A stretch of DNA of 64,000 nt from Macrostomum lignano (lineage: Eukaryota), in the NCBI GenBank assembly GCA_002269645.1, contig NIVC01000614.1:89835-153834 (forward strand). Direction: 5' to 3'. Below, piece after piece: positions 44,691 through 58,100 of this stretch (positions are counted from its first letter, which is position 1; the number at the start of each line of letters is the position of its first letter). Below the pieces are notes generated by a model. The model was not told where the DNA came from and did not search any database. It saw only the letters and a list, made by a program, of their open reading frames with translations. The position numbers and the translations under genes are program-made.

Positions 44691-47600
44691 TCATGCCCGG
44701 GATTTCTTTAGGCCAAAGCACAGGCCAAACAGGCGTCCTCTGTGAATCCCATGCGGCATCGCCTTTGGACTGGTGGGACCTGCGTGGCAAAGCGGGGTAA
44801 AGCCAGTGAATTAAGACTACTGACCGGATGTCATTTAGTGGAACTACAATCAATTAAAAGGGAATATAATCTAATTTGAGTATAGATCTTAATTAAATAA
44901 GTATAGAGTCACAGAATTCTAACTTGGACACTTGAGTAACCCCCGCTTGTACTTGAGTAGCCAGAAAGCTAAATACTTCTCAGGTTACGAGTAACGTGCG
45001 ACAATCATAATCGGATCAGTGAGATCGATCGAAACAAAATCAATACCGATACTGCCCACGCACGGATACGCGAAATTTTTCTAATGTTTGCAATTCCCCC
45101 TGAGCAGAAATTTAACAAGCCAAATATGGAAATAAAAGTGTAAAACTGAAAAAAACTACAAGACAAAAGCAAGTCTAACCGTCGCCCCCTGTCCTGTCTG
45201 TCTCTGTCTCTGGCTTCTAAGCTTTTCTTGCATTAAAATAACTACTAACGAGCGTGTTATCTTTACATTTTTCCAATGCAATTACTAGAGAATTGCTGTT
45301 CTTGTTATAACAACCTTTTTCCCAATACGGTTTTCTAGGTGGCGTCTAATACAGAGGCTTTCCGTGAAGTCATGCATGAAGAAAAGAATGCATGTGGATG
45401 CTCTTGAAGCTCCATGACAACGGCAATGATGTACTTGTGCGTTACAAAGATCTTGTAACCCCGATTGTCTCAGGTCAAGGGTATCGATTTTTAATCATAG
45501 CACATCTGGGCGTCATCTTAAATGAGTCTTTTAAATCTTGAAGACAATTATTTCCTACCTATGGCCCAATAGGCTTCAAATCCAGAAAATTTGATAAATA
45601 AGATAAAATAAAATAAACCTAACGAATGTAATTGATGGCAACTAAGAGGTAGATATAACCTATATGTAGTTGACTCCAATCCAACTACAAAGACGTATAT
45701 AAAAAGCAATAATTTTTGCATTGCAACTTGTTAACTTGCAACAGCCTCCATTTTTGAAGTACATGTAGTACTTTCATCATATATTCATCATGGCTTAGTA
45801 CAAATGGATGCACATTTTAGGTACTGAAAGTTATCGATTGATCTATTTTTAGAAACAGCCCTGTGTCCTTCACGATTGCAATTACTTGTAAACAATAGTA
45901 TAGTATAGTATACGATAGTATAGTGCATGTAAATACTTATGATGTTAACATAAACGTACACAAAGGAGTGAAATAATTTATTTATTTCTGTTTTTTTAGA
46001 AACATGACGTTCATACAGACAGTATATATAATTTTATTATGCCATCGTAAACTTAAAAGCCGGAGAAAAAAATGTTAATTGCACGAGCAGAGCCAAGCCG
46101 AGATTCCAATTTAGCCTCAAATTAATGTGACTGCACTTGGAATCGAGCCTGGGCCGCTAGCACATCAGAGCGCCGGCCCAGACTACTGGGCTACGCCCCA
46201 CCCTCCAAAATTAAAGCATTGCCATGCAAACAAAATCGTGGAACCGGTCTGCAAAAGGGCAGTCGCTTGTGCGCCGACAGCTTAACCAGGGGTACACACT
46301 AAGCGATATAGATATACCAGCTAGGAAATATTCAACCCCAACGAAGACCCGACCCTACCAAATAATTTAGCACCGATGCAATTCAGTGCGGGAGGCAGCT
46401 GGAATATACGCAAAAAAGCGGGCTAATCAGAAGGGAGAGAAGAGGCAGCTGAAAGACTACTCTGCTGTGCTGCGTTGATAAGGCCTGTCTGCCTGGGGTG
46501 AATCGTAAGAGGGAACCCCGACCCCGACGGAGGAGGGGATGAAAAATGGGGAATAAACAGAGTGCCAATCTGGGAGCTTATGGCCCCCGGCTTGAAGCTA
46601 AATCCCTCACCTTTGCGCGATTCAAATCCCAAATGCCGGTCAGTAGGATTCACCGCATGACAATATAACGATAATTCTCTCAATATGAAAGTGAAATGAC
46701 TTTCCCTTGTACGGAAGCTCAGTTGCTAAAGTGGGAGATAAAATTATGGGAATCGAGGCGAGGAGATGGAGATAAATGTGGAGATAGGGATGAGGCGGGG
46801 AGATTAAGATACTCGTAGATGCAGGAAGATGAAGATAGATGCGGGGAGACGGGAATAGATGCGGGGAGACGGGAATAGATGCGGGGGAGATGGGGATAAA
46901 TGCATGGAGAGGAGGATAGATGCGGGGAGATGGGGATAGATGCGGGGAGATGGGGAGGGATGCGGGGAGATGGGGATAGATGCGGGGAGATGGGATGGGG
47001 GCGGGGAGATGGGATGGGGGCGGGGAGATGGGATGGGGGCGGGGAGATGGGGATAGATGCGGGGAGATGGGATAGATGCGGGGGAGATGGTGATAGATGC
47101 GGGGATACGGGGATAGATGCGGGGGAGATGGTGATAGATGCGGGGAGATGGGGATAGAGGCGGGGAGATGGGGATGGAGGCGGAGAGATGGGATGGGGGC
47201 GGGGAGATGGGATGGAGGCGGGGAGATGGGATGGGGGCGGGGAGATGGGATGGGGGCGGGGAGATGGGATGGGGGCGGGGAGATGGGATGGGGGCGGGGA
47301 GATGGGATGGAGGCGGGGAGATGGGATGGGGGCGGGGAGATGGGATGGGGGCGGGGAGATGGGATGGGGGCGGGGAGATGGGATGGGGGCGGGGAGATGG
47401 GGATGGAGGCGGGGAGATGGGATGGAGGCGGGGAGATGGGATGGAGGCGGGGAGATGGGATGGAGGCGGGGAGATGGGATGGGGGCGGGGAGATGGGATG
47501 GAGGCGGGGAGATGGGGATAGAGGCGGTGAGATGAAGGTAGATAGATTGAGATACAGTTAAATGTAGTAGATGACATTAATCCATGCAAAGATAAGAAAA

Positions 47601-49985
47601 ATTCAGAAACTAGATGTACATGTAGTTTTTGTTTAATTGGCGGAATAATTTTTCAGGACACGTGTACTTTTACCTACCCATTAGTTAAAAAATTAAAAGT
47701 TAAAAATGCAAAAGGCAAAAAGTAGCCTCTTTAAATTTTTCTAAAGAACTCAACTAGATAAATATAAAAAAGCAATACTCAAAAGGAAGCTACAAATAGA
47801 ACCATGCGAGCTCCTCAAAGCATTCCGTTTCGAAAGTGAAGTTATGTGGTGAAAACTAGAGTTAAAAACAGCTAGCGGTGTTGACAATTTGCTGCAGGAG
47901 AATAATCTTTGTAATTAACCGGCTTTACATTTTGTATTTAATCTGATTTAAAAAATGCCAAAGCTCAAGAGGGAGTTTTTGAGATGCCAAGGTTCACAGA
48001 GGGAGTTGCTGGGATCCCAAGACTCAAAGGGGAGTTACTGAGATGCCAAGGCTCACAGGGGGATTTTTTGAGATGCCAAGGCTCATAAGGGAGTTGCTGG
48101 GATCCCAAGACTCAAGAGGGAGTTGCTGAGATGCCAAGGCTCAAGAGGGAGTTGCTGAGATGCCAAGGCTCATATAGGGGAGTTGCTGAGATGCCAAGGC
48201 TCATATAGCTCGTAGGGGAGTTGCTGAGATGCCAAGGCTCATATAGGGGAGTTGCTGAGATGCCAAGGCTCATATAGGGGAGTTGCTGAGATGCCAAGGC
48301 TCAAGAGGGAGTCGTTGAGATAACACACAAGTAAAAATTTCGTGAACTAGCTACAGAAATCTAGTGTAGTATACTTCTGTCCATTTATGATACCTATACT
48401 ATACAGCGCAAGCTAGCGGTCCCCTGCCAGATCCCTTCTGCCTGCATCTAGCGAGCATCTATCGAAGCTGCAAACCCCATATCTGCTATCACTGCTTCCC
48501 CAGATCCTTGCTTTCTACACTCTACCAGCCAAGCTTGACCTGCAGTAGATATCTTTCTTGCAAGGGGAATCGTTTGGTGGGAGGTAAGAAGTTAGCGCTT
48601 TTTACCCCGCAGCGTCGAGGACTGAAAGATTAACGGCCATAGACGGGATTTTCGCTCACTTTAACCTTTTTCTGCTTTCCTTCCGTCTCTCCTCCCCATT
48701 CGGGCCAAAGCAACAGACTGCTGGGTGCGAGGGAACCAATTTCTATGTGGGAGGAACACACGCTTTGACTTTACGCAACAACTCGCCCCAAAGATTAACA
48801 AGTAACAAAGAGATTCGATGTAGGATTTGTGAGATTCAGCGTAATATTTTATGGAAGATTCCCTGTGACTTTTTAACCGATAAAACTGCGATAAAATATC
48901 AATAGTAGAACAGATTCATGTAAATTAAGCACAAATGTTACACAGTAAAATATCTCACCTGAGACGGTCAGCTGACAGTCCTCGAAGCTGGCCAACTGAG
49001 GCGCTTCAGATTTGCGCAAGTAGGACCACCGGCTGTCGTCCGTGATGTACCAGTCGTCTAAGACGAAGAATGTCTCGTCGTCCATGTAGGGCACGTCGTA
49101 GTCGTTCAGGAGCCCGCTGTCCACCTTGCAGGGTGTCACGGCGTCCGGAAACAGGTGATCATCGTTGATGACGCTGCAGGCGGAGTGTCGGCCGGAATCG
49201 TTGGCTAAGCTGGAGGGCGTCATCAGCAGCTCCTGACGAAGCAGAAGCTGCTCCTCAGTAGCCACGATGGCCGCTGCGGCAGCATCAGCGGCTCCCCGGG
49301 CCTGGTGCCGCATTGTTGGCGACCGCTGCGGACGCAGACGCGGGCCCAGAAGTTCGTGGCGCTCCTCAGTTTCCTCTGGCGGAGAGGTGGCCGGTTCGGG
49401 CGACGCCGACCGATGACGCCGGTCTTCTTCGCAGCGAGATGCCAGCTCTTCGAAAGCGCGCTCAAACTCTTCGGTGCTCAGCTGGGAGATGCCGCTGTCT
49501 CGCTGACGATGACCCGGGACAGTCTTGGCCTCCTTGGCATCAACAGGCTGATTCTCCTGCGTTGGCGGTGGCAGCGAGACGTCCTCGGACCAGGTGCGAT
49601 TAGCAGAGTCCGGCGTTGGGGTCAGCTCTGCCACCACGACTCTAGCCTCTGTCTTCCGGCTCGTCTCCTGCGTTAGAGTCTTCGGCGGCTGCGTCTGCCT
49701 CTCCTTGCCGGCAGTGCTGGCGCCGGTCACCACAGCAGGCTCCGCCGTCTTCGCTTTCCCATTGCTGCCGTTGCTCATCTTAGGTGTCCCAGAGGCTGCT
49801 GCTGTTGCTGCTGCTGCACTGGTGGCACCAGACTGACGGGATTTTCCTCCGGACAGCCAGTTGGGCTTCTTCAACTGACGCTCATTTCGCTTCACGGGCT
49901 GGCGTGTTTGCAGCTGCTTTGGCGGCGTCTGAGGCTGCTGCTGTTGCTGTTGCTGTGACTGGCTTGATGTGGCTTGGTTGCCCAT
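44691..49985 (-). CDS. Orphan, largely disordered protein with N-myristoylation motif; exon 49985-48959 and probable last exon 44779-44691
   Basis: A 370-codon GC-rich ORF starts MGNQATS and has donor tca g|gtgaga (phase 1). A polypyrimidine acceptor (ctttgccacgcag|) at 44780 continues in frame as GPTSPKAMPHGIHRGRLFGLCFGLKKSRA*. No family recognised; intermediate exons are possible. Confidence 0.65.
46133..46199 (-). mobile_element. Degenerate tRNA-like SINE head
   Basis: Reverse strand GGGGCGTAGCCCAGTAGTCTGG...CCAGGCTCGATTCCAAGTGC has A-box-like and B-box-like motifs but no clean cloverleaf. Confidence 0.5.
46760..47540. repeat. G-rich ~20-bp minisatellite (GCGGGGAGATGGGATGGGGG)n
   Basis: Direct tandem reading; degenerate on the left, homogeneous ~47150-47520. 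Confidence 0.95.
47965..48310. repeat. ~30-31-bp minisatellite (GGGAGTTGCTGAGATGCCAAGGCTCA...), ~11 copies
   Basis: Direct tandem reading. Confidence 0.93.
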
Positions 49986-51523
49986 GTCGACTTATCGGTA
50001 AGTAATCGGCGAGTTGTACAATGGAGCAATGAGCTCTGTTGTATTCAAAATCCAATGGATGATTGGTTGTGCGACTGAGCTTCAGTTCAGGGTTGAACAA
50101 TGGCAGTGACAATTTTTTCCAGTTGTATTATATATTATAATTCAATCGCCCTCAAATCAGACAGGGGTGGTGAGTGAGCATGGGGCTCAGAAGCACTGTT
50201 TTGATCGGCAATATAGATTTTTGTCTAGGCTACTATAGCTATTAGCCTTTTTAGGCAGGCTGGTATTGGTCGCACTCGCTGCACTGACGAAACAGCAGCC
50301 TCCACTCCGCCATGGGTTTTCCTCGCCTTTGGGGGCGGCCACTGAACAACCGCTGGGGGGGGGAGGGGTAGTGGGGGTTGGTCCTCCAACCCGAAACCCC
50401 CGACGCCAACGTGCGTAGACTAAAAACCGGCGACCACCTCCCCTCAGACCCAGGCAGTCTCTCTGCCCCCTCTACCCCGCTCCTCGCCCCGACGGCCATC
50501 CAGGCCATTCCGCACTCTGCAGCTGCAGCTTAAGTGCGCGACAAGCGTCGAAAACAGGGCCCGGGGAGTGAGCTCACGTCGATCGATAGGAGAACAGCGG
50601 GCTTCAGTTCTCGTCTACGCTTCATGGGAAAGAGGTTGAACAGTTTCTGCCCGCTGCCATGGGACTGGGAGAGAGAATACAGCGGCTTTCTCTCTATCCC
50701 TCCTCTCCCCTTCTGATCCCCCCCCCCAGTGTGAAATCCTTCCGCTTCACTCTCCTCTCAATTCTGCTTCTTCTTTTACGATGCAACCGCTAAGAGAGTA
50801 TGGCTAACTCTCTAGGCTTTGATCCCCTCACAGCAGGTCATCTACCCGCCCCAAGAGACGCTGTCTGTACACCACCGTTTCGCTCTCTTCCTCTCTCCCC
50901 TCTCGATCCCGTCGTTGAAAAGAAATACAGAAATCTTTCTTTTTCAGCGGCGTTAGCAATAGAAAAGAATTAGACTTTACAATAAGTTCCGTTTCCCTCT
51001 CACTCTCTCTCTCTCTCTCCGAGTTCATTTGAAGGACGTTTTCTGCCAATGCTAAATCATATGATGGCGCTTGCTGAGAAAGAAAAATAAAAAAGCACGC
51101 GCGGCTATTATGACTATATAGAGGTTTAGTACTCTTTTAGAAGCAGAAAATATAAGTCCAGCAATGGGTGGGGAGTTCGCTAGTCAAGCTCTCTCCCTCG
51201 CCGTCTCCTGCTTCAAGTTTGCTCAACACTTGAGAGTTGCATTATTTTTAGTCTTGCAAAGCTTTATACGAGCTTAGGGCTGTATTTTGCACAGCCGCAG
51301 CAGGGCGCCCTCACCAAACAGTTCTACTCTTATTGTTTACCAAACCAAATTGTAAACAGCCCAGAGACCAACTGAAAACTTAGACTCAGAGCTATTCTAA
51401 GCTTCTATTTGAGCTCATTCGCTCTAAAATCATAACCGTAGCTTAATGTAATGAGTATAGTGTGAAAGTGTACATGTATGCATGTAAAGAGAGTTTTTCA
51501 TGTTTGAAATCTTTAGTGTCTTG

Positions 51524-51968
51524 TGTCTGTGTCTTGAATTGGGTGTCTGTGTCTTGAATTGGGTGTCTGTGTCTTGATTGGGTGTCTGTGTCTTGAATTG
51601 GGTGTCTGTGTCTTGAATTGGGTGTCTGTGTCTTGAATTGGGTGTCTGTGTCTTGAATTGGGTGTCTGTGTCTTGAATTGGGTGTCTGTGTCTTGAATTG
51701 GGTGTCTGTGTCTTGATTGGGTGTCTGTGTCTTGATTGGGTGTCTGTGCCTTGATTGGGTGTCTGTGTCTTGAATTGGGTGTCTGTGTCTTGAATTGGGT
51801 GTCTGTGTCTTGAATTGGGTGTCTGTGTCTTGAATTGGGTGTCTGTGTCTTGAATTGGGTGTCTGTGTCTTGATTGGGTGTCTGTGTCTTGAATTGGGTG
51901 TCTGTGTCTTGAATTGGGTGTCTGTGTCTTGATTGGGTGTCTGTGTCTTGAATTGGGTGTCTGTCTTG
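51524..51968. repeat. 20/19-bp minisatellite (GGGTGTCTGTGTCTTGAATT), ~22 copies
   Basis: Direct tandem reading. Confidence 0.96.
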
Positions 51969-52139
51969 AAGAGGGCTCTACCTGACAACCTGACATAGAC
52001 CTTAATTGCATTTTGGCATTTATTCATAGATTAAAATACCTGGCTGGTAATTGCTAAGAAAAAATAATGTTAAAATGTCACTTCTAAATATACTAATCCT
52101 CCTTCCTTCCTCCTTCCTCCTATCCTAATACTAAATCTC

Positions 52140-55100
52140 TATCTATCTTCTATCTATCTATCTTCTATCTATCTATCTATATATACTAAAGTTGACGCGT
52201 TGTTTGTCTGTCTGTCTGTCTGTCATTTCGACAACTCCTCCTTGAATAGTGGCAACTCAGCGTTGAAACTTATATGGGAAGATTGGAAATTATCCGAGGT
52301 CGGCTATAGGCTATTTTAATTATGAAATTTTAATTTCTAAGATCCTCAAAAAAGCAGAAAACTGCCTTTTTGACCCCCAATAACCTTCTTTTGCCACTCT
52401 GCCTGGGGCTTCAGCCAGTTTGTAAAAATAGCCACCCAACCTCCGCCCGCGGGCCGCTGTGTATTGAGGGGTGGTGGGTGCGCGTGTTCTGGGTTCAATG
52501 CAAAAAAAACCCCGCGTGTCGGGGGGTTGGGTTAAATTTAATTATCCCCCCGGAACGGGGGGTTGGGCTTGGGCTGAGTGTACATAGCTGTTGTGAACAG
52601 ATAAAACTGTGCAGAGATTCAATTGGTTTTATTATCGGCCCTGTGTATTAGCTGGGCAGTGAAATTCAATGAATAAATTTGCGAGCTTCTCTAGCAAGAA
52701 GTCGGGAAATCGGTAAATTTCAAACGCTAACTGTTCCTCGAGTTTTAAACTTTGAGAGGAGAGACTTATATTGCTGGAAAGATCTTGCAACGCTGAGTTT
52801 AGGGATATAAGTTGTTTGCTTTAAATATGAAAAGAAAAAGCACCGCATTTAAAAAACTATTTCCATACTTTTAACTTTCTGCATAAATTGTACTCAGTTT
52901 TGCGAGACGTAAGAGATAAAGTTGGGGGAGGGTTTAACTTCTCACAGCTGCTGTGTATTGGAGGGTTGATTTAGATTGCGCAATGTTTTTGTTAACTTTA
53001 ACTGAGACTGATACTGACTGACTGTAAAATCGGTTGCGCAATGAATTGATTCAATTAGTTCAATATTTTTATCAGTGCCTTTTAACACGAAGCTGTGCGT
53101 AGTTCTAACCCTAACCCTAACCCTAACCCTAACCAATGAATCCGGAGAGTTGAGTTGTTTGACGGAAAAAATTCGATTGAGTCCTGTTTAGCGAAGACGA
53201 TTTCAATGTTTTAATTTTGACGGAGAGGATTTCTGTTTCGTGGAGAGGATTTCGATGGTGTTCAGTTTCACGGAGAGGATTTTGATGATGTTCAGCCTCA
53301 CGGAGAGGATTTCTGTTTCGCGGAGATAATTAATGATTGATTTCTGCTTTATGGAGACGATTTTGATGGATTTAAGTTTCAAGGAGAGGATTTCGAAGGA
53401 GTCCAGTTTCACGGAGAGGATTTCGAAGGAGTCCAGTTTCACGGAGAGGATTTCGAAGGAGTCCAGTTTCACGGAGAGGATTTCGATGGTTTTCAGTTGC
53501 ACGGACAGGATTTCTGCTTCGCGGAGAAGATCTTGATAGATTTGGCATCTTCAATCAGTCAGAGAAGAGAGTAAAGAGAAGAATGAAAAGAGAAGAGAGA
53601 TGAGATGAGATGGTAGAAAACAGAGTAGAAATGAGTGGAGAGATTAGACATGACAGATGGGAGAGAAGAGGTGAGTAAGGCGGGAACGAAGGAGAGAGAA
53701 GAGAAGAGAAGAGAGGAGACGAGACGAGAGGAGAGATATGAGATAGCAGAGGGAGACAAGAGAGATGATAGGAGAGAGAATAGAGATGAGGGATAAGAGC
53801 GTACAGAGGTAACAGAAAAGAGGGGAGAGTAGAGGAGAAAGAAGGAGTGAGATGAGAGTTGGATGATGGGATTCAGTTGGTGGATTTCAGGGAATGGAAT
53901 TCCGGTGATGGGAGTTCTTCCCCTTTCTCCTCCAGCGGAGGAGTTGGCCTCGTATATACTAAAGTTGACGTGTTGTTTGTCTGTCTGTCTGTGTGTGTGT
54001 GTGTCATTTCGACAACTCCTCCTTGAATAGTGGCAACTCAGCGTTGAAACTTATATGGGAAGATTGGAAATTATCCGAGGTCGGCTATAGGCTATTTTAA
54101 TTCTGAAATTTTAATTTCTAAGATCCTCAAAAAAGCAGAAAACGGCGGTCTTGACCTTTGATAATCTTAATTGTCCCCTCTTTCTGCTTGGAGCTGAAAA
54201 TTTGCATGAATTTCAAGTGATTGCGCCACAACTTTTCCCTATCTCTGCAGTGTATTTTCTCTCCAGTGGGGGGATGGGGCGTTCTAAATGGCTGCCTGTG
54301 TACAATCGGACCCTGGCTCACTGGCTGACTGTATAGACAATTGCGCAAAGATTTGTGTTCTAATTTTCAATAGGCAGCCCTGTGATTTTGTTGAACCTTG
54401 AAATTCAATGCATAAACTTGCGGGCCTCTTTAGCAGGCAGTGAACGTACAATTGATATTTTAATGCTTTAAATCAGAAAGTTTCAAACGCAAACTGTTGC
54501 TCGAGTTTTTAACTTTGAGAGAAAAAATTTATATTGCTGGAAAGAACTTGCAACGCTGAGTTCGGGGATATAAGTTGTTTGCTTTAAATATGAAAGAAAA
54601 AACACAGCATTTGAAAAACTTTCATACTTTTAACTTTCTGCAAAGATTGTACTCATTTTTAGTTCAATGCCCCCAACAGTTGGGGGTTCAATTTCTAACT
54701 GCCACTGCGTATTGAAAAGGGGTCAGTCTCTGTGTACTGGAGGGTTGATTTAGATTGCGCAATCTTTTTGTTAACTTTAACTGAGACTGATACTGACTGA
54801 CTGAGAAATCAGTTGCGCAATCAATTGATTCAATTGGTTCAATTTTTTTATTTGGACACGCAGATGTGTGTAGCTTTAACCCTAACCCTAACCCTAACCC
54901 TAACCCTAACCAATGAATTCTGATATTTTATTCTTTTTGACGGAGAAAATTTCGATTGAGTCCAGTTTTAAAGAGAGAATTTCGATGGTTTTCAGTTTCA
55001 CGGAGAGGATTTCTGTTTCGCGGAGAGGATTTCGATGGTCTTCAGTTTCACGGAGAGGATTTCGATGGTTTTCAGTTGCACAGACTGCTTCGCGGAGAGG

Positions 55101-58100
55101 ATCTTGATGGATTTGGCATCTTCAATCAGTCAGAGAAGAGAGTAAAGAGAAGAATGAAAAAAGAAGAGAGATGAGTGGGTAGAAAACAGAGGAGAAATGA
55201 GTGGAGAAATTAGACATGACAGATGGGAGAGAAGAGGGAAGTAAGGCGGGAACGAAGGAGAGAGAAGAGAAGAGGAGAGAGGAGATGAGAGGGAGATATG
55301 AGATAGCAGAGGGAGGCAAGAGAGATAATAGGAGAGAGAATAGATGAGAGATAAGAGCGAACAGAGGAAATAGAAGAGAGGGGAGAGTCGAGGAGAAAGA
55401 AAGAGTGAGATGAGGGATGAGAGATGAGAGAGGAAAGAAGAGAGAAGAGAGGAGAAAAGAGGGGAGAAAGGAGACAGGAGCGAGTACAGACGAAATACCA
55501 GGGAGAAGATATAAATAAGGTAGTAGAGATGAGAGGAGAGAGAGAGGAGAGAGAAGCGAAAGGAGAAGAGAGAGAGGAGAGAGGAGAGATGAAAGATGCG
55601 ATGAGAAGAGATGAGTGAGAACATAAGAGAGAAGAGATTAGAGATTAGAGAAGAGCGGGGAGAAGATGAAAGGAGCAGGGAGAGGAGAAAAGAGAGAATG
55701 GAGAGGATAAAAAAGAGAGAAGAGAAGAGACAGGGGATAGTGGTAAGGAGGAAAGAAAGATGGGAGACAAGAAAGTAGAGTGTGAGAGCGTATATGAGAT
55801 ATGAGAAATGAGAGCAGAGAGAAGAAAAAAGAGAAGAGAGAGAGGGTTAAGAGAGACGATAGATAAGTGAGTAGAGATGACATATGAGAGAGGAGAGAAG
55901 AGGGAGAGATAAGAGAGAAGAGACGGGACAAGAGACAGGAGAGGGTACAGACGAAAGACGAGGGAGAAGAGATAAATAAGGGAGTAGGGGTAGAGATGAG
56001 ATGAGAGAGAGGAGAGAGAAGAGAGTCAAGAGAGGGAGAAAAGTTTTGTAAAGGTCTTTGAAAAGGTCTTTGAAAAGTTTTGTAAAGAATTTGGAGACCA
56101 TTTGGAAGATAGGGTTCAAAACATAGAATTTCAGTTGATGGATATTTCAGGGAATGGAATTCCGGTGATGGGAGTTCTTCCCCTTTCTCCTCCGAAGGAG
56201 GAGTTCCACTCGTATATACTAAAGTTGACGTGTTGTTTGTCTGTCTGTCTGTGTGTGTGTGTGTCATTTCGACAACTCCTCCTTGAATAGTGGCAACTCA
56301 GCGTTGAAACTTATATGGGAAGATTGGAAATTATCCGAGGTCGGCTATAGGCTATTTTAATTCTGAAATTTTAATTTCTAAGATCCTCAAAAAAGCAGAA
56401 AACGGCGGTCTTGACCTTTGATAATCTTAATTGTCCCCTCTTTCTGCTTGGAGCTGAAAATTTGCATGAATTTCAAGTGATTGCGCCACAACTTTTCCCT
56501 ATCTCTGCAGTGTATTTTCTCTCCAGTGGGGGATGGGGCGTTCTAAATGGCTGCCTGTGTACAATCGGACCCTGGCTCACTGGCTGACTGTATAGACAAT
56601 TGCGCAAAGATTTGTGTTCTAATTTTCAATAGGCAGCCCTGTGATTTTGTTGAACCTTGAAATTCAATGCATAAACTTGCGGGCCTCTTTAGCAGGCAGT
56701 GAACGTACAATTGATATTTTAATGCTTTAAATCAGAAAGTTTCAAACGCAAACTGTTGCTCGAGTTTTTAACTTTGAGAGAAAAAATTTATATTGCTGGA
56801 AAGAACTTGCAAAGCTGATTTCAGGGATATAAATTGTTTGCTTCAAATATGAAAACTAAAAGCTCTGCATTGCAAAAACTATTTCCATACTTTAAACTTT
56901 CTGCAAAGATTGTACTCATTTTGGCGAGAGGTGAGAGATAAAGTTGGGGGTTTCGACTTCTAACTGGCGCTGTGTATAGGAAGGGGGTCAGTTGCTTTGT
57001 ATTGGAGGGTTGATTAGATTGCGCAAACTTTGTGTTAACTTTAACTGAGACTTATACTGACTAACACAGAAATATATTGCGCAATCAATTGATTCAATTG
57101 GTTAGCTTTTTTATTATCGGCCCTGTGTATTAGCTTGGCAGTGAAATTCAATGTACAAAATTGCGAGCCTCACAGGCAAGCAGTCAGGAAATCGGTAAAT
57201 TTCAAACGCTAACTGCTCCTTGAGTTTTAAACTTTGAGAGGAGAGACTTATATTGCTGGAAAGATCTTGCAACACTGAGTTTAGGGATATAAGTTGTTTG
57301 CTTTAAATATGAAAAGAAAAAGCACCGCATTTAAAAAACTATTTCCATACTTTTAACTTTCTGCAAAAATTGTACTCAGTTTTGCGAGACGTAATAGATA
57401 AAGTTGGGGGAGGGTTCAACTTCTCACTGCTGCTGTGTATTGGAGGGTTGATTTAGATTGCGCAATGTTTTTGTTAACTTTAACTGAGACTGATACTGAC
57501 TGACTGTGAAATCGGTTGCGCAATGATTTGATTCAATTAGTTCAATATTTTTATCAGTGCCTTTTAACACGAAGCTGTGCGTAGTTCTAACCCTAACCCT
57601 AACCCTAACCCTAACCCTAATGAATCTGGCGAGTTGAGTTGTTTGACGGAAAAAATTCGATTAAGTCAAGTTTAGCGGAGACGATTTCAATGTTTAAATT
57701 CTGACGGAGAAGATTTCTGTTTCGTGGAGAGGATTTCGATGATGTTCAGTTTCACGAAAGGATTTCCATGGTGTTCAGTTTCACGGAGAGGATTTTGATC
57801 ATGTTCAGCTTCACGGAGAGGCTTTCTGTTTCGCGGAGATAATTTATGATTGATTTCTGTTTTATGGAAACAATTTTGATGGATTTAAGTTTCAAGGAGA
57901 GGATTTCGAAGGAGTCCAGTTTCACTGAGAGGATTTCGATGGTTTTTAGTTGCACAGACAGGATTTTTGCTTCGCGGAGAGGATCTTGATGGATTTGGCA
58001 TCTTCAATCAGTCAGAGAAGAGAGTAAAGAGAAGACTGAGAAGAGAAGAGAGAAGAGATGATAGAAAACAGAGTATAATTGAGTGGAGAGATTAGACATG

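Noticed and set aside
46804-47589. Pro-rich 261-aa and Gly-rich ORFs
   Set aside because: Products of the G-rich 20-bp minisatellite read in rotating frames.
50240-50520. Possible LINE/RTE 5' region (also ~46380-46700)
   Set aside because: Only a vague compositional resemblance; no RT or endonuclease peptide, tail or TSD was found.
53203-53502. 10-aa periodic peptide (EILSVKLDSF)n as a beta-solenoid protein in the array units
   Set aside because: The 30-bp units are interspersed with 20-bp units that shift the frame, and the ORF is not kept among units; it is a non-coding minisatellite.
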